Shown here: positions 18,696 to 27,382 of the stretch, piece after piece
Numbering within the stretch: the first letter of the stretch is position 1
Layout of the letters: each line of letters starts with the position of its first letter
Origin: Microbacterium phage Pajaza
Sequence record: MG944216.1
Strand: one strand, 5' to 3'
DNA length: 32,000 nucleotides
The notes under the pieces: model-generated
Databases searched by the model: none
What the model saw: the letters and a program-made list of their open reading frames with translations, nothing else
What the model was told of the DNA's origin: nothing
Made by a program: the position numbers and the translations under genes

Positions 18696-20499
18696 GGGCT
18701 TCTCCTCCCCAGTAGTGCGAGATCGTGACATCCGCCTTGAGGAAGAACTTTTGTTTGAGACCATCGTCAGCCATCTCCATTATCTCTTTGATCCGTTTCG
18801 CGACCTTCCTGGCCGTCTTGTATGGGGCGATCAGACAGACCGAGTCGTGAACGGTAGTGACAAGTTTAGCGCCCATGTCGCGCAACCACAAGTCGTCCGC
18901 AATTCGGGCGAGGCTGATCAGCATGAAGTCCGACCCCGTGGACTGAACAGGAGCGTTGATCGCCTGTCGGAAGGCGTTCTCCTGGACCCAGTAGTCATCG
19001 TTGTAGACACGAGGCAGGTGCCGGAATCGACCGAAGGCGTTGGGCACTCCTCCGTGCTCAATCGCGATGGCGCGCTGCTTCCGGTACCACGGCGGAAGAC
19101 CACTGAAGTTGGCGAAGTACTCCTCGCGGAAGACCTCGGCCTCCTTCTGGGTAATGATGACCCCATACGACTCCTGCAAGTAGTTCGCGAAGTGCTTGGA
19201 CTGCATTCCGTAGAGGAACCCGAAGTTGACCCCCTTGGCCAGGGATCGGTGCTCCTTGGTGATGTCATCCGACCGGACAAGGCGCTTGGCCATGTACGTG
19301 TGGATGTCCTCGTTCTGGTCGAACAGACCCATCATCGTCTTCTCGTTGGCCATCACGGCAGCGACCCTCAGTTCCAGCTGGGAGTAGTCCGCCTCGATCC
19401 AGGCCATCCCCTTCTCACCGAAGAGGTTGCGTGTGGCCTTGTCTCGGGGGATCTGCTGGGAGTTGATGCCGGGGTTGTCGTCCCCAGGGCTGGCGCTACT
19501 CAGGCGACCCGTGACTGTGCCGGTCAGATTGAAGCTCGTGCTCACGCGTCCCTCAGTCGTCCTCTCGAGAAGAGGGACGAGGAACCCCGTGAGGTTCTTG
19601 TACAGAGTGCTTCGCTCGCTCAGGAGACGTGCAGCCGGGTGATCGATCTTGCTGAGAGCCTCCTGGCTGAGCGAGGGGTTCCCCTCAGGCCATGTCTTCG
19701 TGGCCTTGCCACGAGAAGGGCACATGGCTCCTTGGTACTCGTAGAGCCACCACTTGGTCCAGTTGGTCGCACCCCACTTCGGGGTCGTCTTCTGGAGCCA
19801 GTTGGGCCATCTGTCCTTCGGAGGGATGCTCGCGTCCAGCTCCCGCTCAATCTCCTCGATCCGGGAGGCCACCTTCTCCTTGGTCTTGGCGACCAGGCTC
19901 AGGCGGACGGGGAGACGGTTGTCCTCCATCTGAGTGAGAGGCTCAATCGCAGGGATCATGATCCCCTTCATCACCCGGACGGGGTCTTCCCCCGGCTTCA
20001 GGTTCTTCTTGATGTGGCGACGCTGCCACTTGAGAAGCTCCCTGGTGATCATGACGTCCTTGGCCACATACTCAGTGACTTCCTCGCGAGGGACGGAGGC
20101 GAGGTCGGCGATGTTCTCCTCAGACCAGTCCTCGTACCCCAGGAGACGCTGACCCAGTGCCTTCAGTCCGACGGGGTGGTTCTCGTCAATCAGGTGAGCC
20201 ATCAGCATCGTGTCCCACTCCGTGCGAACCGTTGCTCCGTAGCTCCGGAGCCACCGCTGGTCGAAGTGCGCGTTGTGGAAGACGCCACGCTTGAGGTTAA
20301 TCTGGGCGATGTGGCTGAGGTCGGTAGGCCACCAGACGAGGGCATCGTCCCGGTCGTATGCCGCGAACGCGATGCAGAGGATCTTCCCCTTGCCGACCGT
20401 GAGGGCTGTCGTCTCGATGTCACAGATGACGAGCGACTTAGTCTGGCGCAGGTACTTGAGGACGTCAGAGACGTCTTCAGTCATTACAGCTTCGGGCAT
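18682..20499 (-). CDS. DNA polymerase I (family A) with 3'-5' exonuclease domain
   Basis: 'CDIETTAL', 'NAHFDQRW', 'EWDTMLMAHLIDE' exo motifs; 'EADYSQLELRVAAVMA', 'KGVNFGFLYGM', 'VTTVHDSV' polymerase motifs. Confidence 0.97.
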   Translation of the reverse strand: MPEAVMTEDVSDVLKYLRQTKSLVICDIETTALTVGKGKILCIAFAAYDRDDALVWWPTDLSHIAQINLKRGVFHNAHFDQRWLRSYGATVRTEWDTMLMAHLIDENHPVGLKALGQRLLGYEDWSEENIADLASVPREEVTEYVAKDVMITRELLKWQRRHIKKNLKPGEDPVRVMKGIMIPAIEPLTQMEDNRLPVRLSLVAKTKEKVASRIEEIERELDASIPPKDRWPNWLQKTTPKWGATNWTKWWLYEYQGAMCPSRGKATKTWPEGNPSLSQEALSKIDHPAARLLSERSTLYKNLTGFLVPLLERTTEGRVSTSFNLTGTVTGRLSSASPGDDNPGINSQQIPRDKATRNLFGEKGMAWIEADYSQLELRVAAVMANEKTMMGLFDQNEDIHTYMAKRLVRSDDITKEHRSLAKGVNFGFLYGMQSKHFANYLQESYGVIITQKEAEVFREEYFANFSGLPPWYRKQRAIAIEHGGVPNAFGRFRHLPRVYNDDYWVQENAFRQAINAPVQSTGSDFMLISLARIADDLWLRDMGAKLVTTVHDSVCLIAPYKTARKVAKRIKEIMEMADDGLKQKFFLKADVTISHYWGGEALAEY

Positions 20500-20543
20500 T
20501 TGGTGGACTCCTTGCTTGTGTTCTTCTTATTCTATTGTATCGG

Positions 20544-20622
20544 TGGATCCGCCAGGACTCGAACCTGGACCGAGGGTGCTCGATGCTTTTGCCCTCGCCT
20601 CTGCCCGTTGGGGTACAGATCC
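20544..20622 (-). tRNA. Atypical tRNA or tRNA-like element; anticodon not assignable
   Basis: Acceptor GGATCTG/CGGATCC, discriminator A, T-arm CCAGG-TTCGAGT-CCTGG, D-arm-like CCCCAACGGGCAGAGG, but middle arm is CGAGGG-(15 nt)-CCCTCG rather than a 7-nt anticodon loop. 79 nt. Confidence 0.6.
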
Positions 20623-20677
20623 TGGTACAGCTAGACCCCGCCACCATTCGGGTTGATGACGGGGTCTGCTGTCACGC

Positions 20678-21079
20678 TCACGCCTTGCGAGCCGGGCGAC
20701 GGCGAGCCGGGGTCTTGGCCGGAGCCTTCGCCGGGGTCTTGGCTGCGGTCTTGGCGGAGGCCTTCTTGGCCGGAGCCTTCTTCGCAGGCTTCTCGTCCTC
20801 GTCCTTCGTGGGACGCTCCAGCTCCCAGCCAGCGGGGAGGTCGTCGGCGTTGGCGATGGCACGGTCGACGAGGCCGTCGAAGTCCTCCGAATCGATCGAC
20901 TCGAGGAACGCCTGGAACGCGATCGCTCGCATCGCCTTGTATCGTGCCTTCGAGGAGTCGACCCCAGTCGCCTCGATGACGCGGCCGATGCCCTCGTTGA
21001 CGATCTGCTTCGGGGTGACCTCGGTCTCGGTCGTCTCGATGTCCTCGTCCAGGACAGCAGCGGTGTTCTTGGTGGCCAT
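20678..21079 (-). CDS. Protein with histone H1-like Lys/Ala/Pro-rich C-terminal tail
   Basis: 133 aa; C-terminus 'KPAKKAPAKKASAKTAAKTPAKAPAKTPARRRPARKA'; own promoter at 21125-21153. Confidence 0.75.
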   Translation of the reverse strand: MATKNTAAVLDEDIETTETEVTPKQIVNEGIGRVIEATGVDSSKARYKAMRAIAFQAFLESIDSEDFDGLVDRAIANADDLPAGWELERPTKDEDEKPAKKAPAKKASAKTAAKTPAKAPAKTPARRRPARKA

Positions 21080-21124
21080 GATGTTCTCCTTGGTGGATTC
21101 GTGGTACCGGCTTGGTACACTGTC

Positions 21125-21153
21125 AACCTTACCTCAGCCTGGAAGAGTTCACA
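21125..21153 (-). promoter_or_regulatory. Promoter (TTGTGA-N17-TAAGGT)
   Basis: -35 at 21148-21153, -10 at 21125-21130, A-rich upstream element. Confidence 0.75.
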
Positions 21154-21172
21154 ACTCCAGGGGCAAACTTTT

Positions 21173-22543
21173 TCAAGAATCTTTTCGGATCCTCGTCATT
21201 ACTCGTCTCAAGTGGTCGTGGTCCTCCTGAAGGGTGATCCACACGTCCTCGTCCACGGTGCCCTTCCCGCACAGGAACCACACGGTGGGGCTGGCCGGGG
21301 AGAGCTTGATGCGGTCGGAGGCCTGCTTGAACGTGACGTAGTTGAAGTCGCTGGTGTACCAGATGAGGTCATTCGCCACCGAGATGTCGACGGCCATAGC
21401 CACCGTCCTCGGCTGGACGAGCAGCACCTTGTAGTCGCTGCCACGCTGGAACCGTTCAATGACCATATTCTTGTCAGCGACGGCTCCAGTGATGGTCAGG
21501 AACTTGATACCCTTCCGGCGGAGGTATCGCTGTACCAGGCGGATCTCCTTCAGATGGGTACACGCGACGATGACCTTGCCTTCGGTCTTGCGGAGCACGG
21601 ACCCCAGAGCACCCAGGCGAGCCTTGGCTGCTTCCGGAAGTACGATCTCCCCGTCCTGATCATCCTTGCACCACCCCGCCACCAACATCCTCATCCGGAG
21701 GAGGCGAGTCAGGGGGTTGAGCGCGGCGACAGTGTGGCCGTCGACCTCAACCACCCCGTGCTTGAGCAGCGTCTCCAGGAGAGACCTGGTCTCCGCAGGG
21801 ACAGGGTAACGCACACGCCTGACAGGTACGGGGTCGGCAGCGCCCACCATCGTCACCACGTTCGGCTGGAGGTAGGCGTTCAGCTCGTACTGGTTGCGAG
21901 GGCGAATCAGCTCGGGGAACCCCTTGACGTTGGTCCACTCACCGAAGTGCTCCCGGAAGTCACGCGCCGTCTCCCAGTGATCCCGGATGCTCGGGTCAAG
22001 GAAGGTCCACTGCCCGTAGACAGCGTCCACCTGGTTCGGGTTGGTGACCGGGGTGCCCGTCATCAGGAGGCGATACTTCCACGACCCAGACAGAGGCCGG
22101 ATGTTCTTCCCGGTGACACTGTTCGGGGTCTTGATCATATGAGACTCATCAAGGAGCATGGCTCCCTCGTTGTCCACTCCTCTGGCCACACTCATCAGGA
22201 ACGGCTTCAGTCGCTTGAACGGTGCCTTGGTGAACTGATCGTAGTTGACGAACAGGATCGTGATCCCGTCACCACGCATCATCTCCGGGGAAGGGTACTT
22301 GTTCCCGGCGGTCAGTGGGAAGAACCGATAGGGGATCTCTAGCCACTTCGCCGCCTCGCTACGCCATGTGGCCTCAGCGACCTTCGGTCCCACGATCAGA
22401 GAGACCGGGGGCATGATGTGCTGAAGCCACCTGAGAGCGACGGCAGTCTTGCCTGAGCGAGGTTCTGCCCAGAGGGCAGCTAGGGTGCGTCCCTCCTCCG
22501 TCAGTACGTCCAGAGCTACCCTCTGGGAGTCCCTCAGTTCCAT
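21173..22543 (-). CDS. SF2/SNF2-like DNA helicase
   Basis: 'LWAEPRSGKTAVAL', 'MLLDESHMIKT', 'YRLLMTGTPVTN', 'FKQASDRI' motifs. Confidence 0.9.
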   Translation of the reverse strand: MELRDSQRVALDVLTEEGRTLAALWAEPRSGKTAVALRWLQHIMPPVSLIVGPKVAEATWRSEAAKWLEIPYRFFPLTAGNKYPSPEMMRGDGITILFVNYDQFTKAPFKRLKPFLMSVARGVDNEGAMLLDESHMIKTPNSVTGKNIRPLSGSWKYRLLMTGTPVTNPNQVDAVYGQWTFLDPSIRDHWETARDFREHFGEWTNVKGFPELIRPRNQYELNAYLQPNVVTMVGAADPVPVRRVRYPVPAETRSLLETLLKHGVVEVDGHTVAALNPLTRLLRMRMLVAGWCKDDQDGEIVLPEAAKARLGALGSVLRKTEGKVIVACTHLKEIRLVQRYLRRKGIKFLTITGAVADKNMVIERFQRGSDYKVLLVQPRTVAMAVDISVANDLIWYTSDFNYVTFKQASDRIKLSPASPTVWFLCGKGTVDEDVWITLQEDHDHLRRVMTRIRKDS

Positions 22544-22815
22544 TACATTCCTCTCGTTGCTAGCCGGAACCCTGCCGCGAGGTTGTTCGCCGCGTCGGTG
22601 AGTGCCCTGTGCATCGTCCCCAGGCTATAGCCGAAGGCGATCTGGGCGTCTCGTGCGGCATCCTGCCTGGCCTGCTCACGCTCTCGGTCGATTCGTTCGG
22701 CGTACTCCTCGGGGGAGATGCCTTCGATGCGAGCCATGGCGATGATGTAGTTCCGCTCAATGTTCCTCTTGACCCTGGCCTCGGCCTGGGCGAACTCTCG
22801 GTTGATGTCCATCAT
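22543..22815 (-). CDS. Hypothetical protein (start 22815 or 22812)
   Basis: 90 aa, 1-nt overlap with helicase gene, AGGAGG upstream. Confidence 0.6.
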   Translation of the reverse strand: MMDINREFAQAEARVKRNIERNYIIAMARIEGISPEEYAERIDREREQARQDAARDAQIAFGYSLGTMHRALTDAANNLAAGFRLATRGM

Positions 22816-22821
22816 GCCCTC

Positions 22822-23070
22822 CTAAGTGATGTCGGCGGTGAAGTACAGACCGACCAGTCCGGTCAGGTTTATGTTGGGGAAGGCTTTGCGCATCTCGGGA
22901 TACGTCATCACCCTCGGCTCGGGGTTTCGGGTCACCTTGGTCAGGAAACTCTCCTGCGCGATCGCCTCGAACCTGCGGTCAGCGGCCTGCTGAGCCTGCT
23001 GGACGGTCTCCGCCCGATACCGATCGAACAGGCCAGAGTCAGCGAAGACGACTGCATATGCCAGAGCCAT
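22822..23070 (-). CDS. Hypothetical protein
   Basis: ATG at 23070 overlaps stop of upstream gene (TGATG); ORF could extend to 23097 with GTG. Confidence 0.55.
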   Translation of the reverse strand: MALAYAVVFADSGLFDRYRAETVQQAQQAADRRFEAIAQESFLTKVTRNPEPRVMTYPEMRKAFPNINLTGLVGLYFTADIT

Positions 23071-23294
23071 CAGATCGTCAACTCCCACCAGTCCCACCGG
23101 AAGGTCACGATGTCAAGGCGCTTGTCCTCCTCACGGGACAGGGTGGCCTCCGCTGGGACGCCAGCTGCCTGGGACTTGGCCATCAGCTCCTGCTGGATGC
23201 CATCGTAGATCTCCTGCTGCATGATCTTACTGAACTCTACAGCGTAGGACTTCTTCTCGATCTGGGGACGCTCCCCGATGATGATCTTAGCCAT
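23070..23294 (-). CDS. Hypothetical protein
   Basis: MAKIIIGERPQIEKKSYAVEFSKIMQQ...; 74 aa, tight packing. Confidence 0.55.
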   Translation of the reverse strand: MAKIIIGERPQIEKKSYAVEFSKIMQQEIYDGIQQELMAKSQAAGVPAEATLSREEDKRLDIVTFRWDWWELTI

Positions 23295-23295
23295 C

Positions 23296-24045
23296 TCACT
23301 CCCCCAGGTTCCCCATGCCGTTGTCAATGATCCCGGCGAGGTTCGGGCGGAAGTAGTTCGGACCCTTCTTGACCCGACCCTCAAAGATGCCGTCCGGGTC
23401 GTTAGGACCAGCGATGATGGGCTTGCCATCGGCACCGAACTTGGACATGTTGCTGCGGTGTACCTCATCGAAGAGCACCCGAGCGTCCAGGCCGGTCTCA
23501 ACCATCAGCCCGAACACCACGTACAGCAGGTCCACGCAGGCGTCTGCCGTCTCTACCAGGTCCCCCTCGGCGAGGGCTGTCTTGAGCTCATCGAACTCCT
23601 CCTCGATCAGCTGGACGCGCAGCGGGACACGATCCTGCGGGAGGGGTGTGGCCTTCAGCACGACAGGGAGACCCATCGCCTTCTGGAACTCAGCCACGTC
23701 AGCCTGCATCGGGGAGACCCCGAACGCCAGACCCAACTTCCGGGCGAGTACCCATTCTCCGTTGCCCGTCTGGCCGACCGGCTCGTACGTCGCAGCGAAG
23801 ATATCCGGCTTGCAGGGGTAGAACTCCCCCGCCACACCCTTGATGACGTAGTCTCCCCGGTCAGCGGTCATGACCCCCTCAAGGGTCGGGATCCGGAGGC
23901 CGAGGTAGACGTCAGTAGGGTCGGACGGCTTGTCCAGCTCGACGACCTTGCCTCCGCACCACCGGGCGATGTCGTTCGCGTTCTCGGGGGTGAGCCGCAT
24001 CGCCTCGACGACAACCTGCTTCTTCATGTACTTGTCAGCGCTCAT
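23296..24045 (-). CDS. MazG/PRA-PH-like nucleotide pyrophosphohydrolase with extra N-terminal domain
   Basis: C-terminal 'QLIEEEFDELKTALAEGDLVETADACVDLLYVVFGLMVETGLD' all-alpha NTP-PPase pattern; N-terminal 'TADRGDYVIKGVAGEFYPCKPDIFAATYEP' domain. Confidence 0.8.
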   Translation of the reverse strand: MSADKYMKKQVVVEAMRLTPENANDIARWCGGKVVELDKPSDPTDVYLGLRIPTLEGVMTADRGDYVIKGVAGEFYPCKPDIFAATYEPVGQTGNGEWVLARKLGLAFGVSPMQADVAEFQKAMGLPVVLKATPLPQDRVPLRVQLIEEEFDELKTALAEGDLVETADACVDLLYVVFGLMVETGLDARVLFDEVHRSNMSKFGADGKPIIAGPNDPDGIFEGRVKKGPNYFRPNLAGIIDNGMGNLGE

Positions 24046-24197
24046 TCCTGCTCTCCTTGCTTGATCAGTGTGTCCTTGGCCATCTCCAGGAGGCCAAGTT
24101 GGATAACCAGGGGCAGGTCGCCCTCGGTTGATACCTCTGTGATGATGTCCCCGTCTTCCCAGAGGTCGTATGTGACGGTGATGGATCCGGCTCTCAT
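24042..24197 (-). CDS. Small hypothetical protein (51 aa), absent from ORF track
   Basis: MRAGSITVTYDLWEDGDIITEVSTEGDLPLVIQLGLLEMAKDTLIKQGEQE; 4-nt overlaps with both neighbours. Confidence 0.6.
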   Translation of the reverse strand: MRAGSITVTYDLWEDGDIITEVSTEGDLPLVIQLGLLEMAKDTLIKQGEQE

Positions 24198-24805
24198 TGC
24201 GGATTCCCGTTACGAGCCTTGCGCACCAGACGCTGCTCCTTCTCGAACTCCTCAGTCATCATGTCGACCATGTCCCAGTTGACCAGTCGGAAGTCCTTCG
24301 GGTCTTCGCTGCTGAACGGAGAGAAGACGATCTGGACGGCCTCAGCGAAGCCGGTCGCCTCCATCTTGGCATCCCTCTTCTCAGCAGCGTCCTCGGCCTC
24401 CTCCGCCATGACGGCGAGGTCGTTGTAGGCGTTGTAGAGCTTCCGGGTGATGTGTGCACCGACCACGTCCCCGGCCTTGAGTACTGAGTTGAACCGTACT
24501 CGGCGATCCCTGACGTGCTGGAAGGCGCTCGTCACCATGTACCGGGCGATCTCCTCGCTCGTCTCATGGCCAGCGTCCAGAGCCGCCTCGATACCATCGG
24601 CGATGATGTCGACGGTAGTCCGTCGCCCGTCGCCCATGTTCTCGCGGTCATCAATGACAGCGAAGATGATCCCCTTGCCACTGAAGACCTCCTGGCTCTC
24701 GTGGCATGTGCACGTGCACTTCTCGTTCTTGCAACTGACGTGAGATCTGTGGTCGGCGGGGAACGCGCAGAACCCCGACTTGGTCATCCCCTTGCGTGTG
24801 GCCAT
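24194..24805 (-). CDS. Hypothetical protein with N-terminal Cys-rich segment
   Basis: MATRKGMTKSGFCAFPADHRSHVSCKNEKCTCTCHES...; strong SD AAGGAGGACAAGATG. In-frame upstream ATGs at 24898 and 24994 make start uncertain. Confidence 0.65.
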   Translation of the reverse strand: MATRKGMTKSGFCAFPADHRSHVSCKNEKCTCTCHESQEVFSGKGIIFAVIDDRENMGDGRRTTVDIIADGIEAALDAGHETSEEIARYMVTSAFQHVRDRRVRFNSVLKAGDVVGAHITRKLYNAYNDLAVMAEEAEDAAEKRDAKMEATGFAEAVQIVFSPFSSEDPKDFRLVNWDMVDMMTEEFEKEQRLVRKARNGNPQ

Positions 24806-24974
24806 CTTGTCCTCCTTACTGAACTTCTGTATGATGAGACCCTCGTCCCGGTAGCGGAGGAGTTCTCGCTTAGCCTCCGCACGAGCCTTCTTGGGCATCT
24901 TCTTGTTGGTTGACCGGGAGTGTAGAACCCCCACCTTGAACAGGTGATCCAGGTGAGGGTGCTGCTCCGGGGGT

Positions 24975-25556
24975 CTAGCGCTGGGACTCTTCATAACGAA
25001 GCAGCTCCAGGAGCTTCTCGTCGCTGTCGACCAGCTTCTGGGCAACCGTACCGAACGGGAAGACAGGGCTGTCGAAGGAGACGAGGCGCTGGCTGAAGGA
25101 ACCACCGCGAGGGTCGTTGCTGACCTTCACGATACTGATCGTCTTGAACAGGCTGTAGTTGCTGTCCAGGTTCAGGCTCGTCAGGTAGTCGATGACCCTC
25201 ATGTACCCACGGTTCACCGGGACGAGCTTCCCTGTGTCGTACAGCTCGTCGTCGATCTTCTCTACCAGGCGCTCGTCGTGCAACTTGAACACCAGGTGAG
25301 TGTCTGGCATGGCGAACACGGTACGCACCCGAGCGTCGTTCCACTCGTGGGTGGGCATGGCCAGTCGGTAGACCATGTGCGTCAGCCAGTCGATCCGGTC
25401 GTACGTGATCGGCAGCTCCGGAGCAGCCTCGTGCTCCTTCTGCATCAACTCGTGGGTGTCCTTCCGAGCGTTGTAGATGGCCACACCACTGGCGGCGAGG
25501 CTGTTGGCGCTCGTGGACTTGCCGGTCTTATCCGGACCTTCGAATGCGATGAACAT
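24975..25556 (-). CDS. P-loop nucleoside/nucleotide kinase (thymidylate/dNMP kinase-like)
   Basis: MFIAFEGPDKTGKSTSANSLA (Walker A of TMP-kinase type), 'TYDRIDWLTHMVYRL'; 193 aa. Confidence 0.75.
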   Translation of the reverse strand: MFIAFEGPDKTGKSTSANSLAASGVAIYNARKDTHELMQKEHEAAPELPITYDRIDWLTHMVYRLAMPTHEWNDARVRTVFAMPDTHLVFKLHDERLVEKIDDELYDTGKLVPVNRGYMRVIDYLTSLNLDSNYSLFKTISIVKVSNDPRGGSFSQRLVSFDSPVFPFGTVAQKLVDSDEKLLELLRYEESQR

Positions 25557-26443
25557 CAGTTGTCTCCTTCTAGGATGTGGGGATACATATACCTTACCCT
25601 CTTCTTGTAGGGCTTGCGACCGGTCGCCGAGAAGGACGACCCGAGGATGCGGAGAGCGGCCACCTGGCCAGCCTTGTTGGTTCGGCTGACGGGGTCGTCC
25701 CCTGACCAGATGGCACCGTTGACGTTGGGGGCACTGACGTTGATGTACTCGTTCAGGCAGAAGGAGAACCGACCCTGGGCAGCGTACCGGGACGAAGTGA
25801 TGTAGTCGCACACGATCGGACTGAACCAGGTGTGGTTCTCATCGCTGCAGAGAACCCAAGCCGACTGCTGGGAGGACTGACCCTTCCGGTTCCACAGGCT
25901 TGAGTTCTCCGTCTGGATGACGACCCCGTCCTTGTACGATGCCGACCAGGTGTATGGGTTGACGAAGCAGCACGACCACACTTCGGGAACCTGAAGAGCC
26001 TCAACAGCCCGACGCCACACCGTGCGGTCGAACTCAGGGTCGTCGCTGGTCGGAGGGCGGAAGGGGTTGGACCAGTGCATGCTGATGTCGTCGTCAAGGA
26101 CGGCATAGTACCTCCCCGGTCCCATGGTGCTGTACTCGTAGTCGCTGATGAAGCGGCGAGCCGGGGTGTCCGTCCTTGGGAAGTACGTCTCCACCATCTC
26201 CCTGGACATCAGTGACAGGAATGGGTCGTGAAGGTACAGCGACCGGTCGAAGCGCTTCGGCTTGGGGAGACCCTGCTCCCTGCACCAGAGAGCCAGCTCA
26301 CGGGAGTTGGGGTCGTCGGTGCTGAGGACGACCTTCATCAGCTCCTTGGGAACTCCGACTCTGGTCAGGGTGTTGACCGTCGTGCGAGGAGGGGTCTTGT
26401 AGGCGAGGATGTAGTACCGATCCAGGAACTCGTAGTCAGACAC
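25556..26443 (-). CDS. GT-A-like glycosyltransferase, possibly DNA-modifying
   Basis: 'DRYYILAYKTPPRTTVNTL', 'ARRFISDYEYSTMGPGRYYAVLDDDISMHW' (aRN-like plus DDD metal-binding motif); shares 1 nt with kinase gene. Confidence 0.6.
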   Translation of the reverse strand: MSDYEFLDRYYILAYKTPPRTTVNTLTRVGVPKELMKVVLSTDDPNSRELALWCREQGLPKPKRFDRSLYLHDPFLSLMSREMVETYFPRTDTPARRFISDYEYSTMGPGRYYAVLDDDISMHWSNPFRPPTSDDPEFDRTVWRRAVEALQVPEVWSCCFVNPYTWSASYKDGVVIQTENSSLWNRKGQSSQQSAWVLCSDENHTWFSPIVCDYITSSRYAAQGRFSFCLNEYINVSAPNVNGAIWSGDDPVSRTNKAGQVAALRILGSSFSATGRKPYKKRVRYMYPHILEGDN

Positions 26444-26705
26444 CGTACTTCACCCTTCGGGTCTGCTCCTCCGACAGCTGGATGACGATCCCCGTGTCGA
26501 TGAAGAGCTGCTTCAGGTCGTCGTTGTCGGTCTCGTTGAACTCCTCGGTGAGACCATCGTAGTCGAGCTGAGCCTGGTGGTCGAGGGCGATGTAGAACGC
26601 CTCGGCCAGCTGCTGACTGATGACCCCGCTGTCGAGCAGCTCGTCCACCTTCTCGCGGGACTCCGAAGCCGACTCCGGCTCCCGGTAGTAGACCCTCTTA
26701 GCCAT
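26436..26705 (-). CDS. Hypothetical protein
   Basis: 89 aa, overlapping packing with neighbours. Confidence 0.6.
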   Translation of the reverse strand: MAKRVYYREPESASESREKVDELLDSGVISQQLAEAFYIALDHQAQLDYDGLTEEFNETDNDDLKQLFIDTGIVIQLSEEQTRRVKYGV

Positions 26706-27018
26706 TGTTCTTCTCCTTGTCTAGAGCCTCTTCTAGGTTGACAGCAGCCAAGTTGAGGCCAGACATGGTCTGCTGATAGGCGATCTGGATCAACTGAAGT
26801 TCTCCGAGATACTTGGCCACCGTGTCAGCGAGACGGACGGGGTGGCATGGCCACTCCCCGCAGCCCTTGGAGCACGAGTGGATGTGATCGGCACAGTCAT
26901 CATCACAGGGCGACGTGATGTGAGTGTGGCCTGGGTTGACGCATACAGAGAGAACCTCGTGCTGCATTGCACGAGTTAGAACCTCTGTCGCGAGAGAAAC
27001 GACTTCGTCATCTGACAT
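26698..27018 (-). CDS. Hypothetical His/Cys-rich protein
   Basis: MSDDEVVSLATEVLTR...'CVNPGHTHITSPCDDDCADHIHSCSKGCGEWPCH' possible metal-binding cluster. Confidence 0.6.
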   Translation of the reverse strand: MSDDEVVSLATEVLTRAMQHEVLSVCVNPGHTHITSPCDDDCADHIHSCSKGCGEWPCHPVRLADTVAKYLGELQLIQIAYQQTMSGLNLAAVNLEEALDKEKNNG

Positions 27019-27040
27019 GGTGGTGGACTCTCTGTATTGG

Positions 27041-27072
27041 GTGGGGTGGCCAGCCGTGACCGACCACCCCAC
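27041..27072 (-). terminator. Possible hairpin terminator without U tract
   Basis: GTGGGGTGG-N14-CCACCCCAC 9-bp perfect stem between stop at 27080 and start at 27018. Confidence 0.4.
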
Positions 27073-27079
27073 AAGGTTA

Positions 27080-27382
27080 CTACTTCTGGCGGGACAGGTA
27101 TCCCCGTGCCCAGTCGACCCCAGCGACGAACGCTCGGATCTGCTCTTCCTGGAAGACGATCTCGTCCTTGAAGACGTCAGTCGCCAGGGCACGAGCCTCC
27201 TTCCGCATCGCGATGGGGTCAACGGCCTCGGCTTCCTTCGCTGCCTTGGCCTTCTTCGCTTCAGCCTGAACCTTGCGGACGACCCCCGCCACCAGAGCGA
27301 AGACGATCACAAGGAAGAGGATGATCAGGATAGCCAGGACAGCCCAGCCGGTGGCGAGACCCACCCAGTGCCACGGATTCAC
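27080..27382 (-). CDS. Small membrane protein with one TM
   Basis: GTG start; 'WVGLATGWAVLAILIILFLVIVFALVAGVVRKVQAEAKKAK'. Confidence 0.6.
   Translation of the reverse strand: MNPWHWVGLATGWAVLAILIILFLVIVFALVAGVVRKVQAEAKKAKAAKEAEAVDPIAMRKEARALATDVFKDEIVFQEEQIRAFVAGVDWARGYLSRQK

Noticed and set aside
18715-20634. 639-aa + strand ORF opposite DNA polymerase
   Set aside because: Antisense to family A polymerase, which has all conserved motifs; shadow ORF.
21101-22342. 413-aa + strand ORF opposite the SF2 helicase
   Set aside because: Shadow ORF of a convincing helicase gene.
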